Source: an uncultured Lachnospiraceae bacterium
GTDB lineage: Bacteria > Bacillota > Clostridia > Eubacteriales > Anaerofustaceae
Direction of reading: 5' to 3'
Assembly: GCA_964368185.1 (NCBI GenBank)
Contig: CAYJAA010000001.1
Span: 13,959 to 67,924 of the forward strand
DNA: 53,966 nucleotides
Shown: positions 42,338-53,799 of the stretch, piece after piece
Layout of the letters: the number at the start of each line of letters is the position of its first letter
Numbering within the stretch: position 1 is the stretch's first letter
The notes under the pieces: model-generated
Seen by the model: the letters and a program-made list of their open reading frames with translations, nothing else
Told to the model about the DNA's origin: nothing
The model's database searches: none
Position numbers and translations under genes: made by a program

Positions 42338-42994
42338 TCACTTTAATAATATAAACTCATTTTTATTATAATCAATAATCCCTTCTTTTTTCATCTTCGA
42401 TAATTCATTTGACAACGCACTTCTATCGGCACATAAAAAATTAGCAAGCTCTTCCCTATTCATTGTTATATTAAATTTTCTTTCACTCATACTTACATAG
42501 TGAAAATATGTAAGTATCTTACCTCTTAAAGACTTTTTAGAAATTATATCTATTCTTCTATTAAGATATAAACTTTTACTAGCTAATATTTTTAACATAT
42601 TGGAGATTAGTTGTTGGTGAAAATTACAAGAAATACTACAAGATGAAATAACCTTTTTGTAATCAATAAAAACAATAACACTACATGTATTTGAAATTAT
42701 GGATACAGGGCTATTAGTGATTTCAGCACAAGCAAAAACTTCAGCAAAAATATCCCCTTGTTTAACCTGTCCTATAATAACCTCACTACCATCGTAATCT
42801 ACCTTTGTTATTTTCACATCCCCTTTGACTATTATTCCAACAGCACTTATCCTATCTCCTTGATTTAATATAATGTCCCCTTTTTTATATTCCTTAGTAA
42901 ATCCACCTAGGCAAGTAAACATAAAAGAAAAATCTTTTTTAGGAATATTGTTAAAAAGCTGAACATCTTCCATACTATTATAATATTTTTTCAT
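42338..42994 (-). CDS. Crp/Fnr-family transcriptional regulator (candidate HcpR)
   Basis: A cNMP-binding-like beta-roll followed by a C-terminal HTH (REELANFLCADRSALSNELSKMKKEG). It is divergent from the ferredoxin-hcp pair. Confidence 0.85.
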   Translation of the reverse strand: MKKYYNSMEDVQLFNNIPKKDFSFMFTCLGGFTKEYKKGDIILNQGDRISAVGIIVKGDVKITKVDYDGSEVIIGQVKQGDIFAEVFACAEITNSPVSIISNTCSVIVFIDYKKVISSCSISCNFHQQLISNMLKILASKSLYLNRRIDIISKKSLRGKILTYFHYVSMSERKFNITMNREELANFLCADRSALSNELSKMKKEGIIDYNKNEFILLK

Positions 42995-43009
42995 AAAAAC
43001 CCCTCTTTT

Positions 43010-43023
43010 GTTGTCTAGACAAC
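43010..43023. promoter_or_regulatory. Perfect 14 bp palindrome GTTGTCTAGACAAC, a candidate operator of the adjacent Crp-family regulator
   Basis: It is its own reverse complement and sits in the 109 bp divergent region, upstream of -10-like hexamers TATACT/TATCAT (43041..43051). Confidence 0.5.
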
Positions 43024-43103
43024 GGAAAATTTGATAAAATTATACTATCATCTACTTAAATTAGTCAATAATTTATAAAATAAAACCTAGGAGAATAAAA
43101 ATA

Positions 43104-43787
43104 ATGAGTAAAAAAGTTATTAAAATTGATGAAGATAAATGTATAGGCTGTGGGCTTTGTGCTGATACTTGCAAAGAGAGCGCTATTGAAATTATAGATG
43201 GAAAAGCGAAAGTTGTTCGGAAGGATTACTGCGACGGGATAGGAAACTGCCTTCCTGTCTGTCCTGTTGGTGCAATTAGTTTTTCAGAGGAAGATACTCA
43301 AAACACCCCTAAAAAAGATGAAGAAAAGCTACCTTGTGGGTGTCCAGGTTCTAATTCAAAAGAGTTAAAGCCAGTAGAAGAAGTAAAGGAAAGTGTAAAT
43401 ACTTCTAAGGCTGAGGTTACTTCCTCTCTTAGACAGTGGCCTGTACAAATAAAACTTGTCCCTGAAAATGCCCCATACTTTGAAAACTCTCACCTGTTAA
43501 TTGCAGCAGACTGTACAGCTTACGCTTATGGGAACTTTCACAATGATTTTATGAAAAACAAAATAACACTTATCGGTTGCCCTAAACTTGATGATGGGGA
43601 TTATACAGATAAGCTTACAAAAATTATTTCAAAGAATAATATTAAAAGCGTTACTGTAATTAATATGGAAGTTCCTTGTTGCAGGGGTATAAAAAATGCT
43701 GTTATAAACGCCCTTAAGGAAAGTGGAAAGTTTATACCTTGGCAAACCTTAACTATTTCTACAAAAGGGGAAATTTTAGACATTTAA
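43104..43787 (+). CDS. 4Fe-4S dicluster-domain protein
   Basis: CIGCGLCADTC and CDGIGNCLPVCP motifs. Lies immediately upstream of hcp. Confidence 0.8.
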   Translation: MSKKVIKIDEDKCIGCGLCADTCKESAIEIIDGKAKVVRKDYCDGIGNCLPVCPVGAISFSEEDTQNTPKKDEEKLPCGCPGSNSKELKPVEEVKESVNTSKAEVTSSLRQWPVQIKLVPENAPYFENSHLLIAADCTAYAYGNFHNDFMKNKITLIGCPKLDDGDYTDKLTKIISKNNIKSVTVINMEVPCCRGIKNAVINALKESGKFIPWQTLTISTKGEILDI

Positions 43788-43857
43788 CAAAAATAAAACA
43801 ATAAGGAATAATTTAAAATCACTAGTAAAAAATAAAATAAAAAGGAGATTTTAAATT

Positions 43858-45456
43858 ATGAAAGAAATGTTTTGTTTTCAGTGCCAACAAACTGCTAATA
43901 ATAAAGGTTGTAGAAAAAACTTAGGAGTGTGTGGGAAAGAAGCTGATAATGCAAATTTACAAGATGACCTTACAAATAGCCTGGTTGACCTTGCTATTTC
44001 CCTGAAGAAAAATAACACTTCCCCCACAAATGAAACAACAAAAATTGTACTTACGAGTTTATTTACTACCGTTACAAATGTGAATTTTAACGAAAAGACT
44101 GTTTTAGAAATGATTAAGGCTGTAAATGCTGAGAGAGAAAAAATCTGTATTAAAGGTGGTGGAAATCCACTAGCCCCTAACTTAAAGAGTAATTTTGATA
44201 TCTCAAAGGTTTGGGCGGGAGATGAAGACATTAGAAGCCTTAAGTCATTAATTTTGTTTGGTATTCGTGGCATGGCAGCTTACGCATATCACGCTATGGT
44301 TTTAGGATATGAAGATGAGGAAATTAATAACTTTTTATATGAAGCTTTATTTTTTATTGGAGATGATTGTAATATAGATCAGCTTCTTCCAATAGTCCTT
44401 AAAACAGGGGAAATAAACCTTAAATGTATGGAGCTTTTAGACAAAGCTAATACAAGTAGCTATGGAACGCCAACTCCAACAACTGTTCCACTAAAGATAG
44501 AAAAAGGCCCTTTTATAGTTGTAAGTGGACATGATTTACATGACCTTAAACTACTACTTGAGCAAACAAAGGATAAGGGCGTAAATATCTATACTCATAG
44601 TGAAATGCTACCGGCTCACGCATATAAAGAGCTTAAAAAATATCCTCACTTAAAAGGAAATTTTGGAACTGCTTGGCAAAGTCAACAAAAGGAGTTTAAA
44701 GATATCCCAGCCCCTATTTTGTTTACGACAAACTGTATTATGCCTGTAGGGGAAAGTTATAAAGATAGAGTTTTCACAACCTCAGTTGTATCTTATCCAG
44801 AACTTGTGCATATTGGAGAGGATAAAGATTTTAGTAAAGTAATTAATAAAGCCCTTGAATGTAAGGGTTATAACAAAGACAAGGAAATGAGGGGTGTAAA
44901 TGGTGGAGACACTGTTACAACAGGATTTTCTCATGGTAGTGTTTTATCAGTTGCGGATAAAGTTATAGAACTGGTGAAAAATGGTGATATAAAACACTTT
45001 TTCTTAGTTGGTGGTTGTGATGGAGCTGCTAGTGGAAGAAACTATTATACTGAATTTGTAAAACAAACCCCTAAAGACACTATAATTCTAACCCTTGCTT
45101 GTGGCAAATATAGATTTAATGATTTAGATTTAGGGAAGATAGGTGGCCTGCCTCGTATTATGGATATGGGACAGTGTAATGATGCATACTCGGCTATTAA
45201 AGTTGCGACTGCTTTATCTGAGGCATTTGAATGTAGTGTAAATGAACTACCGCTTTCTATGGTTTTATCTTGGTATGAACAAAAAGCAGTGGCAATTTTA
45301 TTAACCCTACTACACTTAGGTATAAAAAATATCTACCTTGGCCCTACCCTACCAGCTTTTATTTCTCCTAATGTATTAAATATCTTAGTAAAAGAATATA
45401 ATATATCTCCTATTAGTACGCCAAAAGAAGATTTAGCAAAAATTCTAAAAATATAA
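43858..45456 (+). CDS. hcp: Hybrid-cluster protein (hydroxylamine reductase)
   Basis: N-terminal MFCFQCQQT....GC...GVCGK cluster motif, 532 aa, with conserved Cys-containing segments (LVGGCDG, LACGKYR, GQCND). Confidence 0.95.
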   Translation: MKEMFCFQCQQTANNKGCRKNLGVCGKEADNANLQDDLTNSLVDLAISLKKNNTSPTNETTKIVLTSLFTTVTNVNFNEKTVLEMIKAVNAEREKICIKGGGNPLAPNLKSNFDISKVWAGDEDIRSLKSLILFGIRGMAAYAYHAMVLGYEDEEINNFLYEALFFIGDDCNIDQLLPIVLKTGEINLKCMELLDKANTSSYGTPTPTTVPLKIEKGPFIVVSGHDLHDLKLLLEQTKDKGVNIYTHSEMLPAHAYKELKKYPHLKGNFGTAWQSQQKEFKDIPAPILFTTNCIMPVGESYKDRVFTTSVVSYPELVHIGEDKDFSKVINKALECKGYNKDKEMRGVNGGDTVTTGFSHGSVLSVADKVIELVKNGDIKHFFLVGGCDGAASGRNYYTEFVKQTPKDTIILTLACGKYRFNDLDLGKIGGLPRIMDMGQCNDAYSAIKVATALSEAFECSVNELPLSMVLSWYEQKAVAILLTLLHLGIKNIYLGPTLPAFISPNVLNILVKEYNISPISTPKEDLAKILKI

Positions 45457-45472
45457 TAAATATATAAAATTT

Positions 45473-45516
45473 AGAGGCTTATCTTATGAGGGATATATAA
45501 GTAAGCCTCTTTATTT
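45473..45516 (+). terminator. Terminator after hcp
   Basis: agaggctta ... taagcctct (9 bp arms with a long loop), then ttattt. Confidence 0.55.
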
Positions 45517-45566
45517 ATTACTTTTTTAAAAAGGATTACATTTACTTTATATTAACGATAAAAATA

Positions 45567-45595
45567 TTGACATAAAATACTATAGGTGATATACT
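45567..45595 (+). promoter_or_regulatory. Candidate sigma-A promoter of the ilv leader (TTGACA-17-TATACT)
   Basis: A consensus -35 at 45567..45572, an exact 17 nt spacer, and a -10 at 45590..45595. Confidence 0.6.
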
Positions 45596-45615
45596 TTTAT
45601 AAGTATAGAATATTG

Positions 45616-45630
45616 AATTTTTAGAAAATT
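45616..45630. promoter_or_regulatory. CodY-box-like site AATTTTTAGAAAATT
   Basis: Matches 14 of 15 positions of the CodY consensus AATTTTCWGAAAATT. It lies about 15-30 nt downstream of the predicted ilv transcription start. Confidence 0.5.
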
Positions 45631-45670
45631 TAGTATTATATATTTATAAGTTTTATAGGAGGCATAACAA

Positions 45671-45772
45671 ATGAACAATCTTGTACTAGTCAGCATTATT
45701 AGTATTATTAGCATTATCCTTGTAAAAGATAGTGTTTGTTTGTGTTATGCTGCCAGTAAGAAGAATAAGTAA
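45671..45772 (+). CDS. ilv operon leader peptide (33 aa, rich in Leu/Val/Ile)
   Basis: MNNLVLVSIISIISIILVKDSVCLCYAASKKNK. SD AGGAGG lies 8 nt before the ATG. 12 of residues 4-18 are L/V/I. The stop is 15 nt before the terminator stem. Confidence 0.65.
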   Translation: MNNLVLVSIISIISIILVKDSVCLCYAASKKNK

Positions 45773-45787
45773 TATAAAGTCTTATTT

Positions 45788-45823
45788 AAACCTTGCAGTG
45801 TAATCACTGTAAGGTTTTTTTAT
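45788..45823 (+). terminator. Attenuator terminator in the ilv leader
   Basis: aaaccttgcagtg taat cactgtaaggttt forms a 13 bp stem with one G-U pair, followed by a T run, 28 nt before the ilvB ATG. Confidence 0.75.
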
Positions 45824-45850
45824 TATCAGTAAGGAAATGGAGGAAAGAAT

Positions 45851-47500
45851 ATGGTTTTATCAGGAGCTCAAATTGTAGTTGAAGTACTTGTGAAAAATAA
45901 AATAGATACTGTTTTTGGATACCCGGGAGGGGCAGTACTACCTTTATATGATGAACTTTATAGAAACGCTCATCGTATCAACCACATTATTACTGCTCAT
46001 GAACAAGGAGCAACCCACGCGGCGGATGGAATGGCTAGAGTTACAGGAAAAGCAGAAGCTGTCATCTCTACAAGTGGACCTGGAGCTACAAACCTTGTAA
46101 CAGGGATAGCAAATGCCTATTTAGATAGCGTTCCTCTAGTTATAATTACAGGAAATGTAGAAGTTAATCTTCTTGGTAGGGATAGTTTTCAAGAAGTTGA
46201 TATCGCAGGAATTACACAGCCTATTATAAAACATAACTTTGTGGTAAGGGATATTAAACATCTTGAATCAACCCTTAACAAAGCTTTTTTAATTGCAAAT
46301 AGCGGAAGAAAAGGCCCTGTTCTTGTAGATATTCCAAAAAATATACAAGTAGAAACTTGTGAATATTTAGATAAAAAATATGAAATTAATGACAAAGTTA
46401 AAGAAAATATAGACATAACTGAGGCGGTTAAGGCTATAAATGAATCAAAAAAACCTTATATATACGCTGGAGGAGGAGTTTTAGCTAGTGGGGCTCAAGA
46501 GGAGCTATTACAGCTATCTAAAAGAATATCTGCTCCCGTTGCCTTTAGTATGATGGGGCTAAGCGCTCTACCTCCTTCTTATGAGTTAAATCTTGGAATG
46601 TGTGGTATGCATGGATCTTACCCTTCTAATATGGCCCAATCTGGGTGCGACCTTATGATCGCCCTTGGAGTAAGGTTTTCCGATAGAGCCACAGGAAATA
46701 TTGAAGAATATACAAAAAACTGTAAAATCATTCATGTAGATATTGATATTGCAGAAATTGGGAAAAATATTGATTCTAAAATTAATATATGTGGAGACCT
46801 TAAAAATGTACTCACTCAACTTTTAGATGTTCTTCCTAAAAAAGAAAATGAAGACTGGCTAAGTGAAATTCAAAAGTATAAGGAAGATGAAGAAGAAAAA
46901 GCGCCTATAAATGAAGATTTTACTCCAAGAAATATTATTAAAGTAGTAAATGACTTTTTTGATGAAGATACTGTAATTGCAACAGATGTAGGACAACATC
47001 AAATGTGGATTACTCAGTATTATAAGTTTAATAAACCTAGAACCCTACTAACTTCTGGTGGACTTGGTACAATGGGATTTGGACTTGGAGCAGCTATTGG
47101 TGGGTGCATTGGAAATAATCATAAAAAAACTGTATTATTTACAAGTGATGGAAGTTTTGGAATGAACTTAAATGAGCTTGCCACAATAGCCACACAAAAC
47201 CTACCAGTTATCGTTATTATTTTAAACAATGGAGTTCTTGGTATGGTAAGACAGTGGCAAAAAATGTTTTATGATACAAGGTATTATCAAACCACTCTAA
47301 AAAGGAAAACAGACTTTCCTGCCCTAGCAAAAGCTTTTGGAGGAAAGGGGTATGCTGTAAATACCTTAGAGGAGCTGAAAAAAGCTTTAGACAAAAGTGA
47401 TAGTTATACTCCCCTAGTAATTGACTGTAAAATTGATATGGATGAAATGGTTCTTCCTATGATTCCTCCAAAGGAATCTGTAAAAAATATAATAAGATAG
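45851..47500 (+). CDS. ilvB: Acetolactate synthase large subunit
   Basis: ThDP-enzyme motifs (GYPGGAVLPLYD, GGLGTMGFGLGAAIG...DGSF.MN). Confidence 0.95.
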   Translation: MVLSGAQIVVEVLVKNKIDTVFGYPGGAVLPLYDELYRNAHRINHIITAHEQGATHAADGMARVTGKAEAVISTSGPGATNLVTGIANAYLDSVPLVIITGNVEVNLLGRDSFQEVDIAGITQPIIKHNFVVRDIKHLESTLNKAFLIANSGRKGPVLVDIPKNIQVETCEYLDKKYEINDKVKENIDITEAVKAINESKKPYIYAGGGVLASGAQEELLQLSKRISAPVAFSMMGLSALPPSYELNLGMCGMHGSYPSNMAQSGCDLMIALGVRFSDRATGNIEEYTKNCKIIHVDIDIAEIGKNIDSKINICGDLKNVLTQLLDVLPKKENEDWLSEIQKYKEDEEEKAPINEDFTPRNIIKVVNDFFDEDTVIATDVGQHQMWITQYYKFNKPRTLLTSGGLGTMGFGLGAAIGGCIGNNHKKTVLFTSDGSFGMNLNELATIATQNLPVIVIILNNGVLGMVRQWQKMFYDTRYYQTTLKRKTDFPALAKAFGGKGYAVNTLEELKKALDKSDSYTPLVIDCKIDMDEMVLPMIPPKESVKNIIR

Positions 47501-47512
47501 TAGGTATAAAGT

Positions 47513-47761
47513 ATGGAAAGATTTACCATTGAGCTAATTGTGTTAAATAGATATGGTGTTTTAAATAAAATAACTGGACTATATGCAAAAAGAGGGTATA
47601 ATATAGACAGCCTTAATGTAAATGAAACTGTCGACCCTCGCTATTCAAGAATGATTATTATATCTAAGGGGGACGAATATATAAGAACCCAAATGGTAAG
47701 ACAGCTTGGAAAACTGCAAGATGTTATTGAGGTCACTTTAATGGCCAGAGTAAATAGTTAA
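47513..47761 (+). CDS. ilvN: Acetolactate synthase small subunit (short form, ACT domain only)
   Basis: 82 aa. The ACT-like L.V.N..GVL.KITGL.A.RG.NI.SL pattern, immediately after ilvB. Confidence 0.8.
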   Translation: MERFTIELIVLNRYGVLNKITGLYAKRGYNIDSLNVNETVDPRYSRMIIISKGDEYIRTQMVRQLGKLQDVIEVTLMARVNS

Positions 47762-47783
47762 TCCCTTAAAAAAATAAATATAA

Positions 47784-50429
<2,646 letters not shown>

Positions 50430-50436
<7 letters not shown>

Positions 50437-51623
50437 ATTTAGATAAGGTATATCAAGCGGCTCATATCCTTAAAGGAGTTGTTAGAAAAACCGATATTAT
50501 TCCTTCTTCAAATATAGGAAAGTCTTGTGAATTATTTTTAAAAACAGAAAATTTACAAGTTACTGGCTCTTTTAAAGTAAGAGGGGCTTATTTTAAGATG
50601 TCAAATCTTACCCCTGAGGAGCGTAAAAAAGGGATTATTGCTTGCTCAGCAGGAAATCATGCTCAAGGGGTTGCCCTCGCTGCTAAGGAAATGGGAATAG
50701 AAGCCTCTATTTTTATTCCAAGTATCGCTCCTATTTCTAAAATCGAAGCAACTAAAAGCATGGGGGCTAAAGTTTTTTTAACGGATGGGGTTTATGATAA
50801 TGCCTATGAGGCAGCACTAAAATACCAAGAGGAAACAGGGAGTATTTTTATTCACCCTTTTAACGATATAGATGTAATTGCAGGGCAAGGAACTATTGGC
50901 CTTGAAATTTTAGAGCAGGTAAAAGACCTTGATGCTATTATCGTTCCTATTGGTGGAGGTGGGCTTATTGCTGGAGTTGCATATAGCGTAAAAATGTTAA
51001 ATCCTAATTGTAAGATTTACGGGGTTCAAGCAAAAGGAGCTTCTAGCATGGAAAATTCCTTTGTTAAAAAAGAAATTATAAACTTAGACAAAGTATCTAC
51101 TTTTGCTGATGGTATTGCTGTTAAAAATCCAGGGGATATTACATTTGAACTTATTAAAAAATATGTTGACGAAATAATAACCGTATCTGACGACGAAATT
51201 GCTACAGCAGTTCTTACCCTTATGGAAGAGGAAAAGTTGGTTTCTGAGGGAGCTGGAGCCGCCTCGGTGGCAGCAGTTATGTTTGATAAGCTTCCCCTTA
51301 AAAACAAAAAAGTCTGCGCTATTGTATCTGGGGGAAATATTGATGTAAATATTCTATCCAGAGTAATTAACAGAGGGCTTTTAACAACAGGAAGACTTTG
51401 TGACCTTAAAATAGAAATGTTAGATAAACCAGGACAGTTAAAAGAGGTTTCCGCTATTATTTCTGATGAGGGAGCAAATGTAACGAAAGTTATACATAAC
51501 TTTGGAGGAGAAAACACTGATATAAATGGATGTTATCTACATATCTCCTTAGAAACGAAAAATATAGAGCATTTTAATAGCATTAAAATAGCTATTATGA
51601 ATGCTGGATATAATATTATGTAA
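50430..51623 (+). CDS. ilvA: Threonine ammonia-lyase (biosynthetic type with a single ACT-like C-terminal domain)
   Basis: PLP lysine motif TGSFKVRGA and the GGGGL loop. TTG start behind AAGGGGGGAG, overlapping the ilvD stop. Confidence 0.9.
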
Positions 51624-51660
51624 TAAAACAGTTGTTTTATAAGAATATGGAGGATAAATA

Positions 51661-52020
51661 ATGAAAATAATATATACAGAAAATGCACCTGCACCAATTG
51701 GGCCTTATTCTCAAGGGATTTTAGCAGGAAATACCCTTTATTGTTCTGGGCAACTTGCTATGGACAATTTAGAAGATGATATAAAAATTCAAACAGAGAA
51801 ATCTTGTGAAAATATTAAAAATATTCTTCTTAGCGCAGATATGAAGCTAGAAAATGTTGTTAAAACTACTTGTTTTCTACAAAATATGGAAGACTTTGTA
51901 GCTTTTAATTCAGTTTATGAAAAATATTTCTCTCATAAACCAGCAAGATCTTGCGTGGCTGTAAAACAGCTTCCTAAAAACGCTCTTGTTGAAATAGAAG
52001 TAATTGCAGTAAAAGAATAA
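51661..52020 (+). CDS. ridA: RidA/YjgF-family reactive enamine/imine deaminase
   Basis: APAPIGPYSQG...PARSCVAV..LP....VEIE, directly downstream of ilvA. Confidence 0.9.
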   Translation: MKIIYTENAPAPIGPYSQGILAGNTLYCSGQLAMDNLEDDIKIQTEKSCENIKNILLSADMKLENVVKTTCFLQNMEDFVAFNSVYEKYFSHKPARSCVAVKQLPKNALVEIEVIAVKE

Positions 52021-52042
52021 TTTATACTAATATAAGGGTAAA

Positions 52043-52087
52043 AGCTAGATATATTCTACTAAAAAAGAATATATCTAGCTTTTTTTA
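52043..52087. terminator. Bidirectional terminator between ridA and the convergent gene
   Basis: 15 bp arms agctagatatattct / agaatatatctagct followed by T7. Confidence 0.85.
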
Positions 52088-52129
52088 TAAACTTTATATA
52101 TAAATATTTCCAGGGAAATATTTTTTACT

Positions 52130-53170
52130 TTATTTTTCACATCTACAGCATTCACTAGGAAATTCACAGCCTTTAAAAGAATCCTCCTTACAAGGGTTGT
52201 CTTTTATATTACAAGGTAAGGTATCAAGGGCTAGGATTTTATTATACAAAACCTGTTCTAAATGAGTTATATTAATAATAGCCTCATTTACTGATTTATT
52301 TACACATAAATATTCCTTTATATCTTCGCTATTTGAAAGAACTTTTTCTATTTTATCAGCCTCTTTTTTCAAAATATGAGCAATAGCTTTTTCCTGCTTT
52401 GCGATACACTTAAAAATTTCTTCCCTTAAGTTACTACTTTCCTCCTCTTTATTACAAGGTGGCTTAACTTCGCCACTTTTCTTACAAGGGCTACAAATAA
52501 CTTCCCAAAGAAAAATATTACTTTTTAGTATAAAACTTTTACCACATTTGTCTCTAACTAAGAAATATAAAGAAATATGATTACTAAACTCATCTATATT
52601 ATAAGTAAAGCTTACTGTAAAATATTCTCTAGGGATGATGAATTTTTTTACTAGTTTATCCCTGATATAAACTGATATACCCTTATCACATTCCTTACTT
52701 ATTAATGTTATGAAATCAGGGCTTAGAGAAATTATGTCAATAGGAAAATTGTTTTTTGTATCACATACTTTTTCTAAAGACCCTCCCATAACTCTTCCTA
52801 TAATATCATTAGTTGTACAAATTATTGTTTTATACTCTTTGTCGTAGCTAATATATTTAATATTCTCATATTTATTTTTTACTTTTAAATATGAAAGTCT
52901 TTTAAAGTTTTTATCTAACTTAAAGATAACATCCTCATAATATTTACAAACCCCGTAAAAAATATCATTATCATAGTCATAACAAATGCTTTTATATTCT
53001 GCGTCTATACATATCACATCTATAAACTTAAAATTTAAGTCAAGTTTAATAATATTTTTTTTATTGTTTCCAATTAAATAATAAAAAGATTTATCCCGAA
53101 AAATTTTATCATAAACACAGCCTTTTTCTATGAAAATATTAATCTTTTTATCAATGTCTATATTCTTAAT
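52130..53170 (-). CDS. Repeat-containing protein with a Cys-rich C-terminus, unknown function. Probably starts at a non-canonical ATT (53170). The conservative GTG-start version is 52130..53017.
   Basis: The frame stays open for 55 codons upstream of the track's GTG, up to a TAG directly 5' of a GGGAGGGG SD. The upstream segment repeats an internal motif (FYYLIGNNKKNIIKLDLNFKF versus FYGVCKYYEDVIFKLDKNFKR). Confidence 0.5.
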   Translation of the reverse strand: MKNIDIDKKINIFIEKGCVYDKIFRDKSFYYLIGNNKKNIIKLDLNFKFIDVICIDAEYKSICYDYDNDIFYGVCKYYEDVIFKLDKNFKRLSYLKVKNKYENIKYISYDKEYKTIICTTNDIIGRVMGGSLEKVCDTKNNFPIDIISLSPDFITLISKECDKGISVYIRDKLVKKFIIPREYFTVSFTYNIDEFSNHISLYFLVRDKCGKSFILKSNIFLWEVICSPCKKSGEVKPPCNKEEESSNLREEIFKCIAKQEKAIAHILKKEADKIEKVLSNSEDIKEYLCVNKSVNEAIINITHLEQVLYNKILALDTLPCNIKDNPCKEDSFKGCEFPSECCRCEK

Positions 53171-53257
53171 TATAACCCCTCCCTAAATCAACATTATAAT
53201 ATATTATGAGAGGTAGGTAAAAAAAGATAATAAAACGTTCCAATATAGAGTTAGTTG

Positions 53258-53300
53258 CAAAAAAATAAACTACCACTACTTAAATAATAGGGGCAGTTTT
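53258..53300 (-). terminator. Terminator of the small membrane-protein gene
   Basis: On the - strand, aaactgcccc...agtggtagttt is followed by tttattttttt. The stem contains one wobble pair and one mismatch. Confidence 0.5.
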
Positions 53301-53330
53301 GTTTTGTAGGGGTATGCTCATAACAGGAAT

Positions 53331-53654
53331 TTATTTATACTTTCTAGTAATATAAATAGAAGATGCTATAGCGTAAATAATTAAAAAAATAATAATGAAC
53401 ATTGCCACATAGAATAACCATTCAATGGCAAGAATTATACCCACACTAAAAAATAAATTTGCAATTCCTATTAAAAGGAAGGCTACGGCGGATTGCCTAT
53501 AGTGAGGCTTTTTATTCATTGTTTCTCGTTCTTTTTTTGTGGCATAAATATATGCGTTATTAAACAAAAATCCCTTTTCCATGAATTGAAAATAACTAAT
53601 CATAAAAGCGATTATGGATATAACACTAGTAATAATAAATTCTACATTATTCAT
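53331..53654 (-). CDS. Small integral membrane protein (3 predicted TM helices), unknown function
   Basis: MNNVEFIITSVISIIAFMISYF... I moved the start to the ATG at 53654, behind GAGGAGAG. Confidence 0.6.
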   Translation of the reverse strand: MNNVEFIITSVISIIAFMISYFQFMEKGFLFNNAYIYATKKERETMNKKPHYRQSAVAFLLIGIANLFFSVGIILAIEWLFYVAMFIIIFLIIYAIASSIYITRKYK

Positions 53655-53799
53655 TAAATTCTCTCCTCGGAAAATATAAATACCATTTATTAAAGCATAC
53701 CACAAAGAAAAGAATATATCAAACTAATAAGACAGGTATATATACATCTACAAACCCTACTAAATAAATAGCTATTTTATATAGAAGTATACTGATAAA

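Noticed and set aside
42099-42371. 90 aa ORF in the spacer between the GmrSD-like gene and the Crp-family gene.
   Set aside because: It starts inside one terminator hairpin, runs through a second terminator, and overlaps the 3' end of the convergent regulator gene. It has no SD and an implausible low-complexity translation.
45596-45850. An expected T-box leader upstream of ilvB.
   Set aside because: No T-box sequence (AATTAGGGTGGTACCGCG-like), no AGAGA or GNUGGA-type elements, and no specifier-loop architecture. The region is explained better by the leader peptide plus terminator.
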